From positions 310,001 to 374,000 of the forward strand of contig JBEWZL010000056.1 of assembly GCA_045837725.1 (NCBI GenBank): 64,000 nucleotides of DNA, read 5' to 3'. Positions 1-13,050 of the stretch are shown piece after piece. Each line of letters begins with the position of its first letter. Positions within the stretch are counted from its first letter, which is position 1. The notes beneath the pieces are model-generated. The model was not told the origin of the DNA. It worked only from the letters and a program-made list of their open reading frames with translations, and did no database searches. The stretch comes from Vermamoeba vermiformis (lineage: Eukaryota). Both the position numbers and the translations under genes were made by a program.

Positions 1-180
1 CTTCATGTTGTATTCTTGGACGATAGGACGGATGTCTGCAGCTTTGAACGACCGCGCGTAGATCTTGCGTACACTTTGCTTGGAGCCACACATCTTGCAC
101 ACAAAATCATTTGTTTTGCGCAGCTGTTGTGCTTGAAAGGATTGGCACGAGTAGCAGCGCACTACGATGTGTTCGGGCAT
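1..180 (-). CDS. MRNIP: MRN complex-interacting protein (MRNIP/UPF0544-like), 5' part; runs off the window start
   Basis: Minus-strand reading from ATG at 180 gives MPEHIVVRCYSCQSFQAQQLRKTNDFVCKMCGSKQSVRKIYARSFKAADIRPIVQEYNMK. The CxxC..FQ...CKxCGxKQS pattern is typical of MRNIP. Not in the ORF track because it is truncated. Confidence 0.8.
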   Translation of the reverse strand, partial: MPEHIVVRCYSCQSFQAQQLRKTNDFVCKMCGSKQSVRKIYARSFKAADIRPIVQEYNMK

Positions 181-742
181 CTGAAATTAGCGGAAATTAA
201 TAATGCACAATCTTATAAACCAAAGATATACAGAATTGCACTATTGAATATAGAACTGCGTGAATTAATTATATAAATTGTGTCTGGTAAATTTTCAATG
301 TTGGATCTACCTTTAATTTAATTAAACTTCGTGGTGTGGCAAGTCAAACAGAGGATTGCAAACTCAATCGAGCAGTGGTGCGGAGTTGTGAGAACCAATC
401 AGAGCAAATCAAATTCAATAGGCACAAATCTCTTGTCTGTGCTTGTCACCGCAATCATAAATCAAAACTGCGAGGCATTCACACAATTGATAATCATTGA
501 GTTGATTGGCTGCACCTCATGATCTCATTTTGAACCTTGTACTCTAGCAGAGCCTACAGAGCATGGCCATCACACTTTACATGCCATTAGAGTTTGGTAA
601 GCGGAACTTTGTGGGCAAATTGAATTATTCGATTAATTCAATTTAATTTTGATACTCAATTAATACTGGCCATTTATTATTTAAAATGATACGTGCTTTA
701 TTAACATCAACATAATAATAATATTCAGCAGTCATTTAAAAC

Positions 743-3736
743 ATGTCGGACCCCTTTTATGCGCGAAGTGATCCGCTATGCATGTCTCTCGAGCAATCGC
801 TGCACGAGAATAGAGACCTTGCCGCTAAACTACTCGAAGACGTGGCTAAGACTGAAGAGCTCTTAATATCATTGCACAAACAACTCAAGAAAGCTAAAGA
901 ATTCACATCTGCACTCGATCATCAACTCCTCTCTCGCCGCGCAGAGTTGAAGTAAGCTACTACAACTATATGTACTATTACTAACGCCGTGGTTCTAGCG
1001 CGCACTACAAACAGCTCGCTGAGCAGTACGGCGTGCCACTCGAACAGCTGTCCGTGATCACGCTGCTCTCAGACGAGCTCTATTTGGCTATATTTACCTA
1101 CTTTGACTACGTCACGCTCACTGAAATTTCAACGGTAAGTGGCACGTGCTCGCAAATAGACTGCTGATTATGACACGTTTGACAGGTGAGCAAGAAGTGG
1201 CTCACTCTCACGCGGGACAATTCGCTCTGGCTGGCACTGTTCATCAAGTACGCACTGTGCTATAAATAGACCTCTTTTCACTGAAATCACGTGACTGACA
1301 CGTGTCCGCAGAGCCAAAGACAAGTACGTGCCCGAGAGTGTGCGCGAACAAGACCGCAAACGACGCGCGGCACAAGAAGAGCGCCAGAAGAGTTTGACGG
1401 CGCTGAGTGGACTGCACAAACACAAGCGTCGCCTGACTGCTGACAAGCGCGGCACGGAGCTCAGACCTCGCCTGCCCTGTTACTACGCGCACTGGTACCA
1501 CTACTTTGCTGATCGCATGCGCGTGCACAGTTGGGTCTGGCCCGAGACTGCAGCACCGCGCAGCAGACGCGAGGCAGTGGGATTTGGTGCGCCGGAGCCT
1601 GGCTGGGCCCTGGCACTCGAGGACTGCGCGCTGAGTCAACTGCGTCACGGCCGCGTGGAGCTGTTTGACAAGCTGACGGTGGTGCTGGCGGATGTGCAGC
1701 ACGATCTCAACAAGAACTGTAAGTAGTCACGTGATCGCGTGCGAGGGCAGAACTAACGGACCAATCAGCGAACATCTTGACCACTGACGGACTCAACTGC
1801 GACCAGCACGAGCAGTGGGCGGACAGTCTCAGTCTCAAGGCACAGACCAAGACGCCATTCGACGCTGCACTCTTGTGCGAGCGCGCAGTGGACAAGTACT
1901 TGACAGCTGTCAAACAGTTCGAGGACAAATATCTCGCGTCAGTTGACAGCGCACTCGAGGACACTGCGCGTGACAGTCCTGTGCGGCTGTTGACCTCCAA
2001 GCACGACTACAGACGACTCGTCGACTCGCTGCTCAATGAACGCGAGTTACACGCACACGTCGCACGCTATTTGACACGTGTCAATGTCAACAACGTGAAC
2101 ATCAACAACACCAATCAGCTCAACTTTGACGCGCAGCCCCCAAAAGTGTTTGACTTCAGCACTGCATTGACAGCTGTCAGTGAAGAGCTCTCGGGCACTG
2201 ACACTGCGCACACAAGTCTCGATTTGACACCTGTCACATCGTCGAGCTTTGACTTCACCTCCAGTGGCGAACAACTGGATTCAGTGAACCAGCTGTCACT
2301 GGCCCTCAAATTCAATCTAAAAATGGAATCAGCGCCGACCTCCCCCGCAACGAGTGGCGGCAGTTGGAAGAAGAAACGTGTCAAACAGCGGCGTCTCTCG
2401 TTAGGCGAGTGGTCCACACAGCCCAAGCCTCAGTCGCGCACGCACGACGCACTGACCAGTCCACGCGCTACAGCTCAGATCACTGCTGGAAAGACGACGG
2501 ACAAGAAATCAGACCTTGCTGTTATTCGCAAGCACGTGATCTTGACCTTCAAATTGGCCTCCACAGTGATTCGTCTCGCGGAATTACTCGCCACTCAATT
2601 CAGCACGCAGAGTCACAGCGAAGAGATTGGCTTTGTGCTCGCGTTGTATCACATGGCTGAACTGCTGTGCACGCGCCTCATCACTGTGCTGCACACTGAT
2701 TGGCTGCAGACCACGTGGTCACGCTCAGATGACACCGACACCACGGCAAGCACGAGCAGCAGCGGCAGCATTGGCACGAGTGACGAGTTCAGAGCGTGTT
2801 TGAGCGGCAACAACAGTCCGCGCAGTGACCCTGGTGACAGTTCAGGTGTCAACGTGTCACTCGGCAAGTCAGGGCCCCTCGACTTCCAGCAAGAGAGTTA
2901 CTGCTTCTATTGCGGCATCAGAAAGAACCAGTACTTCTCGCTCAAAGTCATCACCGCTCTCGCTCTGCTTCATGAACGACGCGCAAAATTACTGCAACAA
3001 CTGCTCAAAGAAGAAGGGCAAAGTCACGTGGCAGCAGTGCACAGTCCGCGACAACAATCTCCGCGCTCGAGATCTGCCCACAATTCTCCGCTGTCCAGTC
3101 CTCGCGTGACAGGTGCTGCCGGTCGATCACGGCAGCTTTCATTTTTGCTGACAGTACTGCGCCAGTACGAGACATTTGCAGCTCTGCGCAGTTATTTGCA
3201 CATTGAATACGACGCAACACGTCTCGTGAATGAGTATCTCGGAGCGGTGTCCGAAGAGCGCGTGCACGAGTTGTCAGGTCGCGAGTTGAATCACGCGACA
3301 TTTTGTCTGCAACAAGTCACCGCGCTCGATGTCGCCGATCACCAGTCACTGTTTGAACTCGCGCGCATCTATGCGGTCATGGTACGTGGCCTGTTGTGAA
3401 CTAACTCGGGTGCGTACTCACTAGTGTTTGCAGGGCAATGAAGTGGAGTGCGAGAAGGTGTTGGCGCGGTGTGCGACGGGTGACAGGTGTTCAGGGCCGC
3501 TGGATCTGGACGACTTTGACAAGTACCGCCACACTGCCTGGTTCAGAACCGTTGTGCAGGTGCAACGTCCTACTCCGAGTGTGCCTGAACGACTCGATCA
3601 CGTGACTCTCAATCTGCCAGGGCTGCCTGAAGAGCCGACGGCCCAGGGTAGAAAAATGTTCAAAGCGAAGAAGCGCGTCACTCCGATCGGCACCATTCCC
3701 GAATCTGACGGCAAACCTGAGCCCGAACCAAAATAA
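743..3736 (+). CDS. F-box domain protein with long uncharacterised C-terminal region (multi-exon)
   Basis: Exon 1 (743-~951) splices via GT-AG introns to ITLLSDELYLAIFTYFDYVTLTEIST|VSKKWLTLTRDNSLW, an F-box consensus. It then continues through ORFs 1328-1726, 1777-3399 and 3428-3736. Confidence 0.7.
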
Positions 3737-4223
3737 CAATGTACTGAACCCATTAATTTATTTGTACTATAGTCACTTTGTAAATATTAGCTCTAGTTAC
3801 ACTTCAAAAGCTTAAATGAAGCATGCCGATAATCGACTGCTACTTACTCGCTACTAACTTGACGCGTCATCGCTTTTGCGGGAAGTATATTCGTACTTAA
3901 TTAAAGTACTCTTGCACAAGGTGCAACAGATTACAGTGCTTTATCGAGTATAGGACCAAAACAAAAGAACGAAAACTCGTTGACAGCTTACCTGACAAGA
4001 ACCTCGATCTACTTTTGGTGAGGCTGCAGAATATTGACGTGCTTATTGACAAGAACGATAGGTCATCCAAATTCCGATGCCTCATCATTCTCTGTTGTTC
4101 TCGCTGATTAGCGACCACAATTGCGATCCGATCTGATCTTCGAAAAAAACCAAAAAACAAACAAATAATTACAGCTTAGCGCATGGCCTATCATTAATCA
4201 CTCCAAATATATGATTACCAGTC

Positions 4224-5397
4224 ATGGAACAGAGACGAAACGACAATTTGCAGCAGAAGCCGACAAATCCACCAAGATATTTATTGCAACCTTTCCAACA
4301 ATATTTACCTCCGCCAGCAGAACAAGACATTTATTATAGTGCCCCTAACTATGCCTATCATCATGCTACTCAAGGCCCACTTACTGCGCATCAAACACAC
4401 GTTTTCGATTCATTCGGCGCGTCATCTGTCACCGGACTCGACTCGGATTCGCATCACTATGACGAGCTATATGCGGATATAGAACAACTCGTCAGTGTCA
4501 TTAATACGAGCGAATCATTAGGCATAGAGACGCATGCTTTACCGCTCGATCTTCGACGCAGTTCGGCAGCAGCGCAGCGCATTTACGGCGCCGTGACCGC
4601 GCAGAGTGAGGTGCCTGTGACTGACATGCAACGCGTCGTGTCTGCACTGCACGATGTGACGACTGGTAAGTGACGCACAGAACTGCAGATCCAATTCAAT
4701 CGATTTATTGTCATTGCGCGACTTACTTAATGCTCGCTATAATGACCACCTTGTTATTATTAGACTACAACTACACGCACTTGCAACTCCTCGAACAAGT
4801 GGATCAGATCTGCACCGCGGTGACGCACGAGTCCGAGCAACAGTTCCAGCACGTGCTGCACGCACCACTCACGGGCAAGCAAGACGCGCACGACGACGAG
4901 CTCGTGTTTCACGTGACTGCAGTCAACACGGCACACGATGCACCGCGCCACCAGCTGATCGATGTGCGCATCACTGACGCCAAGCCCAAGCGTGCTGTCA
5001 CTCGCCGCGGCAATCTGCCACGTGACAGTGTCGCGCTGTTGAAGAAATGGTGAGAGTTCTCGACCAGGGCTGTCACGTGACTGACACTGTTCGTTTGCAG
5101 GTTCTACGAGCACCGCGCCAATCCGTACCCGAGTGACGACGAGAAGCGCGTGTTGATGTCCGCGACGCGCTTGACGAGCACGCAACTGACCAACTGGTAC
5201 GTGTGAACAGTGCCGATGTCGCATGGTGATTGTGTGTGGGGGTCACTAACTAGTCGCGCAGGTTCATCAATGCAAGAAGACGATTGACAAAAAAGGCAAT
5301 GGCCAGTCCATCGGACAGCTCCGAGCCCGATCTCGATGACGAGCACGTGACTGAGACGTATTCACTGGAGGACACGCACAACGATGAAGTCACGTGA
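4224..5397 (+). CDS. TALE-class homeodomain transcription factor
   Basis: Spliced homeodomain RRGNLPRDSVALLKKW|FYEHRANPYPSDDEKRVLMSATRLTSTQLTNW|FINARRR, with the PYP three-amino-acid loop extension and WFIN motif. Stop TGA at 5395-5397. Confidence 0.9.
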
Positions 5398-5496
5398 TCG
5401 GTGGGGTGGTCGCTGAGTGTTGTTTGCCAAATTAGGAGTGTGTCGGGAGCCATCGACATCACGTGATGTGACCAAATAGAGGTCAGTGAACGCCGT

Positions 5497-6826
5497 TCAT
5501 GAATCAGTGTCACGTGACAATAAATCGAAGCTGTACAACTCATTGCACTGTTTGATGAACTGTTCGAGCTCCTCAATGACACCTGTCACTTTGCGACCCT
5601 TGCCAGCACGCAGTTGTTCGAGTTGCTGCACCTTGTCGCGGTAGGACTTGTACGCGCGCTGCACCGTGTCGTGACTGGCGATCAGTCGTCGCAGTTGCAG
5701 TCGTTGCTGTTGTTCGAGCAGTGCCACGTGCCGCGTCAGTTGCGTCGTGCTCTCACCCTCGCCCTCGTGTTCGATCACGTGCTCGGGATTGATGTTCAGG
5801 TCCACGTCTTGATCAGTCACGTGCTCCTCTTGCCGTTTTAGGACACGTTCAATCTCCTCGCGCTGTTTCATCATCACCGAGAGCACCCACGGATCATCCT
5901 GACCAATCACGTGACGGACAGGTGGCGCAGCAGTCACGTGACGCGGCGGTGCAGTGAGTTCCATGGACTCGGCGCTGTCCTCCAACCAGGGCATGTCCAC
6001 GTCATCGTCGCTGTCAAACGCGTCGCCTTCAAAGCTAGCACTGTCCGCATGTGAGTCGTAGTCCTGCGAGTCCTCGGACTTGACTGCTGCGCGCTCTGCT
6101 TCGGCACTGTCTTCTTCTTGACGCGAAATTTCATCTTCCGAGTGCTGTGATTGGTCACGTGACTTGTGCCCGTACCGATGACCCGCGCCGATCATGCGTC
6201 CAGGGCGCGCAACGGGTGCTAGTTCTACTCCGCCCAGTGTGCGCCACTGTACGAAACTGGTGCCGCGTGAGTGGATGTGCCTTGTTAACGAGCTGAACTG
6301 ACTCACCTCGTGTATTCTTCGGACTGCAACACTTCTTCGAGCTGTTCGCGCGTCAAGTGAGGTACGAGTGGTGCAGCGAGTGCGAATACATCTTGTTTGA
6401 GCTTGTCGGCGAGCTGTTGCGCTGTGTGCAGCTGATTGAACTGATCGCGCTGCTCGGGGCGCATGTTGTTCACCATCCTATGCAGCAATATTTTTAAGTG
6501 GATGTATAGTATACTAGTGTAAATAGGACAATAGACATATTAAAAAAATAATTTTTTGACATTTTTCTAATTAATTCCTACTTGCTTAAAGCGATCCGTT
6601 GCCGATCCTCTTCATTAACACGCACAATAGTTGGAACAAGATCACTGTGCGACACAAAATGTAACATGCATGCACGGCGACCAACTTGCACTGCCAATCC
6701 GCTCGTGCTGATCTCTTCGCGCAAAGCAGCGCGCCACTCGTCAACATTGTGAACGGTGCAATAGCGGAACCAGGGACTAGAGACACGTCCCCTGCATATG
6801 AAACAATACTGCATGCTAGCACTCAT
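5497..6826 (-). CDS. Protein with N-terminal THAP-like C2CH zinc finger and coiled-coil/acidic C-terminus
   Basis: ATG at 6826 gives YCFICRG...W...WRAAL...ACMLHF...LVPTI. GT-AG introns link it to ORFs 6303-6488 and 5497-6306. Confidence 0.55.
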
Positions 6827-6912
6827 GGTGTTGTATCTCAAGGCAAACAAAAAAATAACTTTATTGCCTGCAAACCAAACACTAGCACGGGGGACTATAC
6901 TACACACTAGGC

Positions 6913-8689
6913 CTACAAGTGAATAATCTTGTCGCGGTACTGATCAATGTTCTCCCAAGTCAGCAGCACCAGATCGCGCTTGTTGAGCGGTTGTTTGGTG
7001 ATGGGACACACGTTCTTCGGATCTTGCAACAAACTCTTGAGCCAGGTCTGATAGCCCAACACGTGTCCATAGGGTGATATAGCGGGCTTCTGCACCTCTT
7101 CAAATGTGATGGGATCGATGTAGCCAGGCAGTGGGTTGTCCACATCCGCCTCTTCTTCAGGCACGGCAGCACTCGTGTCCTCTTCAGGCTCCACACGCTG
7201 CTTCTTCTTCTTGAGCGAGGGGCGGTAGTCGCGGTCATCACCGTCCTCGTCACCTGTCGAGCGCGTCACCTTGCGCTTCTTCTTTGCCGGCCCTGGCTGG
7301 GCGGTGGTCTGCGTGGGCGTGGCGACAATCTTGGGCTCATCTGTCTTGGTCTCTTTGTCACCCTCGCCCTCTGTCAGTCACTCGTTAGTACCCCCCTCAC
7401 ACACACACTACTCGCACTACGTACTGCGCTTGCTCGGGAAGATGAAGTGTGCCTTGCCGTTCTCGTCGATGGCGTAGCGATTGTCCGTGATTTCACCGCA
7501 CTCGATCAGCTGTCGATAGAAGTTGGCGCACTGATAGCCCACGCGACCGTAGATAGCCTTGGAGAATATGCCCCACTGCCCATTCACACCGACCTCGTTC
7601 ATGCGCTGAAAGAATGCTTTCTTCTCGGCCTCCGTCCACTTGCCGTTGCGCTGTATCTCACCAGGCTCGTTGAAGCGGTAGTAGTACGCATTCGGATTCT
7701 CATCGCGCAACTTCCACGCTCTCATGCGCGCACCTGACCAGCCTTCTGTGTGCCCCTGCGCAATAGCATCGTCGAGCTTGAGCTTGGGAATGGTGATCTT
7801 CTTCTTCTTCTTGCGCGTACCCCCCTCGCTGACCTCGCTCTCAGAGTCGTCCTCGTCCTCTTTCTTCTCCTTCTTCTCTTCACTCGCGTCCTCTTCGCGC
7901 TTTCTCTTCGTGCCGCGACTCTTGCGCTTCTTCTTGCTCTGATACTCATCGTCTTGATCTTCTTCGACCTCCATGCCATCACTCTTGGCTTGAGTGTGGT
8001 TGTTGTTGGCACCATTGCTGTTGTTCATCGTGCTGTATTGCTTGGCGATCTGATGGCGCGTGTGGATCAAGTGCTGCAGATCTGTCAACAAACTGATTGC
8101 CTCTTCTTCATCACCACCGCACTCATCGAGCACCATCAGTGCCTCTTCATCGGTCACATATTCGTGGACTAGTTTGATGGACTTCAATTTCTTGGAGTTG
8201 ATGCGCTTTTCAAACTCTTTGTACTGGATCTGCTGGTGCTTGATCCGTTTCTCGATGATCTCTTGTTCTTTTTGCGTCACCTCTTCATTGCGGACATCTT
8301 GTTTTTGCACTGTTTCAATGCGGGTGCCCTCTTCAATGATTTGGTGCAAGGACTTGGACAGATCTTCTGATTGTTCGGACAACGATTGGTCATCGCGCGC
8401 AGAGACTGAATTTTGTTCAACTGTATTGGCTTTATTCTGTTCATCGAGCAAACGGCGGATGTTGCTCACTGGCGGGGCAGTTTGTCCTGGGGAAGAAAGT
8501 ATTTGAATTTTTATATTATAATCATTATTATAATAAAAATAGAACAAAAAAGTATAATAATCAAGCATTTGTTGATTGGTGCTTACTGCGAATGTTGAGC
8601 TGTGAAACGAGCTGAGTGACCTGCTCTTCGAAAAATACCGTATCTGGAAAAGCGTCACCCTTGGCTTTCTTCTTTTTTTCAAATGGCAT
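6913..8689 (-). CDS. Myb/SANT domain + C-terminal U-box-like protein
   Basis: Myb/SANT motif GKWTEAEKKAF...QWGIFSKAIYGRVGYQCANFYRQL and U-box-like YIDPITFEEVQKPAISPYGHVLGYQTW...CPITKQPL. ATG at 8689 (MPFEKKKK), followed by an AT-rich intron. Confidence 0.8.
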
Positions 8690-8860
8690 TCGTGTTGCTG
8701 CAGATTCAATAGCAATCAAATTAATCAAATTTTGGCGGCAAAATCAAAGGAAGGACCAGCCGAACATGAACATCCGTGGCCGCTGGACCAGTGTATGGAG
8801 CAAGTATAACGCAAGCAATCAAGTGAATTAAGTAGAAAAACATGTTTATAACTGTCCCAG

Positions 8861-10195
8861 TCAGTGGTCGTGGTAGATCCTCACTTGGAACTCGCCCTCA
8901 CTGTTTGCAACACCACGATACATGCCCCGTGAGTTAAACGGAGCAATAACATTGTATTCTTTATCCACGGCAATCAGTCCTATAATTCAAAGGTCACACA
9001 TGAGAAACAAATCCTAATCAAGTACGTGCCTCCATCACCCGCAATCAGCTCTTGTTCGAGAATGCATTGCGCTGCATGTTCAAGCGAGTCTTGACCAAAG
9101 CGAACACGAGCAGCGAGTTGATATGCGACTTGATGACGAATGAACTGCTCTCCTCGCCCAGTGCACGAGACTGCGAGCTGCGCATTGGCATAGGTACCGG
9201 CACCAATCAGCGGACTGTCCCCTACTCGCCCCACCATCTTGTTGCTGAGACCACCCGTACTCGTACCTGCCACTGCATGACTTGTAAGTACAGAGCTCGT
9301 ATACAACACGCAGTACGCACCGAGCTGACCGTGCGTGTCAATCGCTACACAGCCCACAGTGCCTTTGACGTCGTGTTTGCGTCTCACTGAGGCCTCGTCT
9401 TGCTCACTGCGAGTGCGCAGCCTACAGAGTGTCAGCGTGAGTGTGAACTGTGAACTGTCGCGTACCACTTGTCTTTGACCCTCTCGGTCGTGAAATAGCC
9501 TAGTACACACAACAGAATGAGTACTGGATGGTGACACCTGTCGCGTACTGTTCTCAACCATGTCTAAGTGCTTCTCTTTCGCCAAGCTCTCCGCGCCCTC
9601 TCCGGTGATCATCACGTGTGGAGTATCGGTCATAATCACTCGAGCGAGTTTAATAGGATTCTTTACGTGTCTGTAGAGCTATTAATAAAAAGAACAAGTA
9701 AAATAGCAAGTTAGTTACTTTAATCCCGAAGCAGAGCCGCATTTTAACGAGGAACCATCCATAATCGATGCCTCGAGCATATGTTGGCCTTTGCAGTGTT
9801 CGAAGTATTAAACACTTTATTATTTAGTCAAATTTACCTGAAACGTCAAGCACCGATCCAACACCAGCATTAAATAAGGGGCAATCTGATATTCGTTAAC
9901 AGCTTAAAATGGAGTGGTAGTACCTTCTAACTTGACGATTGCCGCTTCTACAACGTCTAGAGCTCGCGCACCACTTTGCAGCATTGTGACGCATTCTCGC
10001 AAAATCTTTTGCCAATTTAATCGAAGCTACAAAAATCTGTAGTAACTTACGCTTCCTAGCACATTGTAATGCTCATTTTCTTCGTCAGGGGTAATATTGA
10101 TAAATCCTGCACCAGATCAGTACGATAAAAACCATATCTCTTTATTTACCTGCACCTCCGTGTATTGCAACAGCCCAACGTTGTCGAGTATCCAT
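8861..10195 (-). CDS. Isoaspartyl peptidase / L-asparaginase (Ntn-hydrolase, ASRGL1/IaaA family), many short introns
   Basis: AIHGGAG at the N-terminus, GTVGCVA (nucleophile Thr), STGG, GRVGDSPLIGAG and SCTGRGE motifs. Stop at 8861-8863. Confidence 0.9.
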
Positions 10196-10304
10196 TTGTT
10201 TCAAACGAAAGAAATTACGATCTTGCGCTCGGTTTGGTCAGACCCAAAAAAATTCAGCCAAAAATTTCTTCGGATAGCGAAAAAAAAATGTCGTGTTTGG
10301 TTTG

Positions 10305-10328
10305 CCTCCTCTGTCTCTTTCCTCTTCC
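10305..10328 (+). promoter_or_regulatory. Oligopyrimidine tract just upstream of RPS17 (TOP/TCT-like initiator candidate)
   Basis: CCTCCTCTGTCTCTTTCCTCTTCC about 25 nt before the RPS17 ATG. Typical of ribosomal protein gene starts; TSS not known. Confidence 0.35.
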
Positions 10329-10353
10329 AGCACAAGGCGTAACCACAGATACA

Positions 10354-10977
10354 ATGGTGCGTTATAATCAACGGAATTATTAGTTGAAATGAAAATAATA
10401 TCATCGAACCAACGGAATACAGCAATAATACGCCAAATACATTTGGCCTTCTACGGATACAAAATAATGTTATTATTACAATATATATTGGAGTAATATT
10501 ATTATAATTATTAATTAAATTCAATAGGGTCGTGTTCGAACAAAGACTGTTAAGAAGGCTGCTAAGCTCATCGTCGAGCAATATTACACTAAGTTGGGTA
10601 CTGACTTCCAAACCAACAAGAAGATCTGCGAAGAAGCCGCCGTAATCCCCTCAAAGAGATTGCGCAACAAGATTGCTGGTTTCGTTACGCACTTGATGTG
10701 GCGTATTAGCAAGGGACCCGTCATCGGCATCTCCCTCAAGTTGCAAGAAGAGGAGCGTGAAAGAAGAGAAAACGTTATCCCTGACGTCTCCTTCATTGAA
10801 GAGCTTTTGGAACAAATCGAAGTTGACGACGAGACCGACGAAATGGTCAATGCTTTGGGATTCGGCAAATTGAAGGGTGTTTCTAAGATCCAAGTTCAAC
10901 AAACTTACAACCCCAGAGAGCACAGACCCCGCCGCGAGAAGGGTGAAAAGCCAGCCGTTCAACAACAACAACAGTAA
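10354..10977 (+). CDS. RPS17: 40S ribosomal protein S17
   Basis: ATG-only first exon (10354-10356), AT-rich intron, then [20 protein letters not shown]...[11 protein letters not shown]...[16 protein letters not shown]. Confidence 0.97.
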
Positions 10978-11265
10978 ATATGTTCGACCAATAAACCAAA
11001 TTTAAAAAATTATTAGATCCGCTTTGTAATCAAACTTGTCTCGAAGATATTTTAGACGTCATACCGTTAATCTCAAGGTTGTAATAGCAGATTGGGGGAC
11101 AAAAGATCATTACACTCTTTATTAACTGCTGGCTACAAAGATATTTTCTGGTCAGTTGAATCCAAGCCCACAAAATTACGAAGCTGAAGCGATTAAAGAC
11201 ACAGAGAACTGATTTTAATATCGCATATCCACAACTTTTATTATATTATCCGGGGACAAAATAAC

Positions 11266-12813
11266 TTAGAACTTAAGAGGCTTGGGTTGTTCCCAGGTGA
11301 AATCGGGGTCGTTGCGACCGAAGTGACCGAAAGCAGCGGTCTTTTGGTAGATGGGGCGACGCAACTTGAGGTCACGAATGATGCAACCGGGGCGGAGATC
11401 GAAGTTATCCTCAACAATCTTCAAAATTTCAGCGTCAGACTTGACACCAGTGCCGTAGGTGTTGACGTAGACGGAGAGGGGCTTGGCAATACCGATGGCG
11501 TAAGAGACTTGAACGAGAGCGCGCTTGCAGAGCTTGGCAGCGACGAGGGACTTGGCGACCCAACGGGCAGCATAAGCAGCAGAGCGATCGACCTTGGAGG
11601 GGTCCTTGCCAGAGAAGGCACCACCACCGTGAGCACCCCAACCACCGTAGCTGTCAATAATGATCTTGCGGCCAGTCAAACCAGCATCACCTTGAGGACC
11701 ACCAATGACGAAGCGACCAGAGGGGTTCAAGTGGTAGATGGTTTGATCATCGAGGTACTTGGCGGGGATGGTAGGCTTGATAACGCTTTCCATCAAACCC
11801 TTGCGGATTTCCTCGTTGGAAATACCGTCGTCGTGTTGAGTGGAGATGACGACAGTGTGGACACGTTCGGGGACCAAAGAACCGTCATCGTTTTGCTTGT
11901 ATTGAACGGTGACTTGAGTCTTGGCGTCAGGGCGCAACCACTTGAGCTCACCAGAGCGGCGAACAGTGGAGAGACGCTCGCAGAGTTGAGTGGCAAGACC
12001 GTGAGTGAGGGGCATCATTTCGGGGGTCTCATCTGAGGCATAACCGAACATGTGACCCTGAAAGGGGTGGTGTATTAGTATCAGCGTCGTGTGCAATAGA
12101 ATTTATAAAGGAATTTATCAATAAATATATAAATAAAGGAATCACAACGAAGCCCGGGAACAACGCGGGATTTAAAAAGTGACGATCGACTAATCCAATA
12201 AATCGAAAAATTCCTTCTAAAGTGAGAATGGAGTACTTACTTGATCACCAGCACCAATATCTTCATCAGCACGACCAACGTGGACACCTTGGGCAATATC
12301 GGGGCTTTGTTTGTCGATGGCAACGAGGACGTTGCAAGTGTTGTAATCGAAACCTGCGAGAATAATGATTAATATAAGTAATGCGCACCATAATTAATTA
12401 TTCGGGCAGCTCAATTTACCCTTGGCGGAGTCATCGAAACCAATCCATTTAACGGTATCACGGACAATTTGGTTGTAGTCGAGAGTGGCAGAGGTAGTGA
12501 TTTCACCGAAGACCATAACCATACCAGTCTTAGTGCAGGTCTCTGCAAATGAAACAAGTCAGGTTTCGTTGATCGACGCCACCATCGGAGTGAGATCTTA
12601 CCGCAAGCAACCTTGGAGTTGGGGTCAGCCTTCAAGCAAGCGTCCAAAACAGCGTCGGAGACTTGGTCGCACATCTTGTCTATTCATTACAACGGTTAAC
12701 TGTTGCGTGGATCGGGATTTGCAAAAGTTCTTTTTTGACTTACCAGGATGGCCTTCAGAGACGCACTCGGAAGTGAAGAGGAAAGACTTAAGAGGAGAGC
12801 CTGCGTTAGACAT
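11266..12813 (-). CDS. metK: S-adenosylmethionine synthetase
   Basis: [51 protein letters not shown] and GGGAFSGKD motifs. Strongly biased codon usage. Confidence 0.97.
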
Positions 12814-13050
12814 GTCTAAAGTTGTGGATGTAAGCTTTGACTGAATACAAAGACAAAAATATCGGAGCACGCGAATGGTTTTGTTTCATTTTTTGGCCTG
12901 AATTTTTTGGGCCCAAAAAAACGGAACTGCTCTGAGAATCGCTGGTCAAAGTCTGAAAGTAAGCTTAATGTGCGCAAGAAAGTGCACAAGAAAGGTCAAA
13001 CGTCAAGTACACAAAGTTGGTTGTTTATTTTACTATTGACAAGGGATCAG

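Noticed and set aside
10357-10527. RPS17 intron as a snoRNA host
   Set aside because: No clear box C/D (RTGATGA...CTGA) pair or H/ACA structure seen.
11287-12036. 249-aa plus-strand ORF antisense to metK
   Set aside because: Shadow ORF produced by the strong codon bias of a highly expressed gene; no protein motifs.
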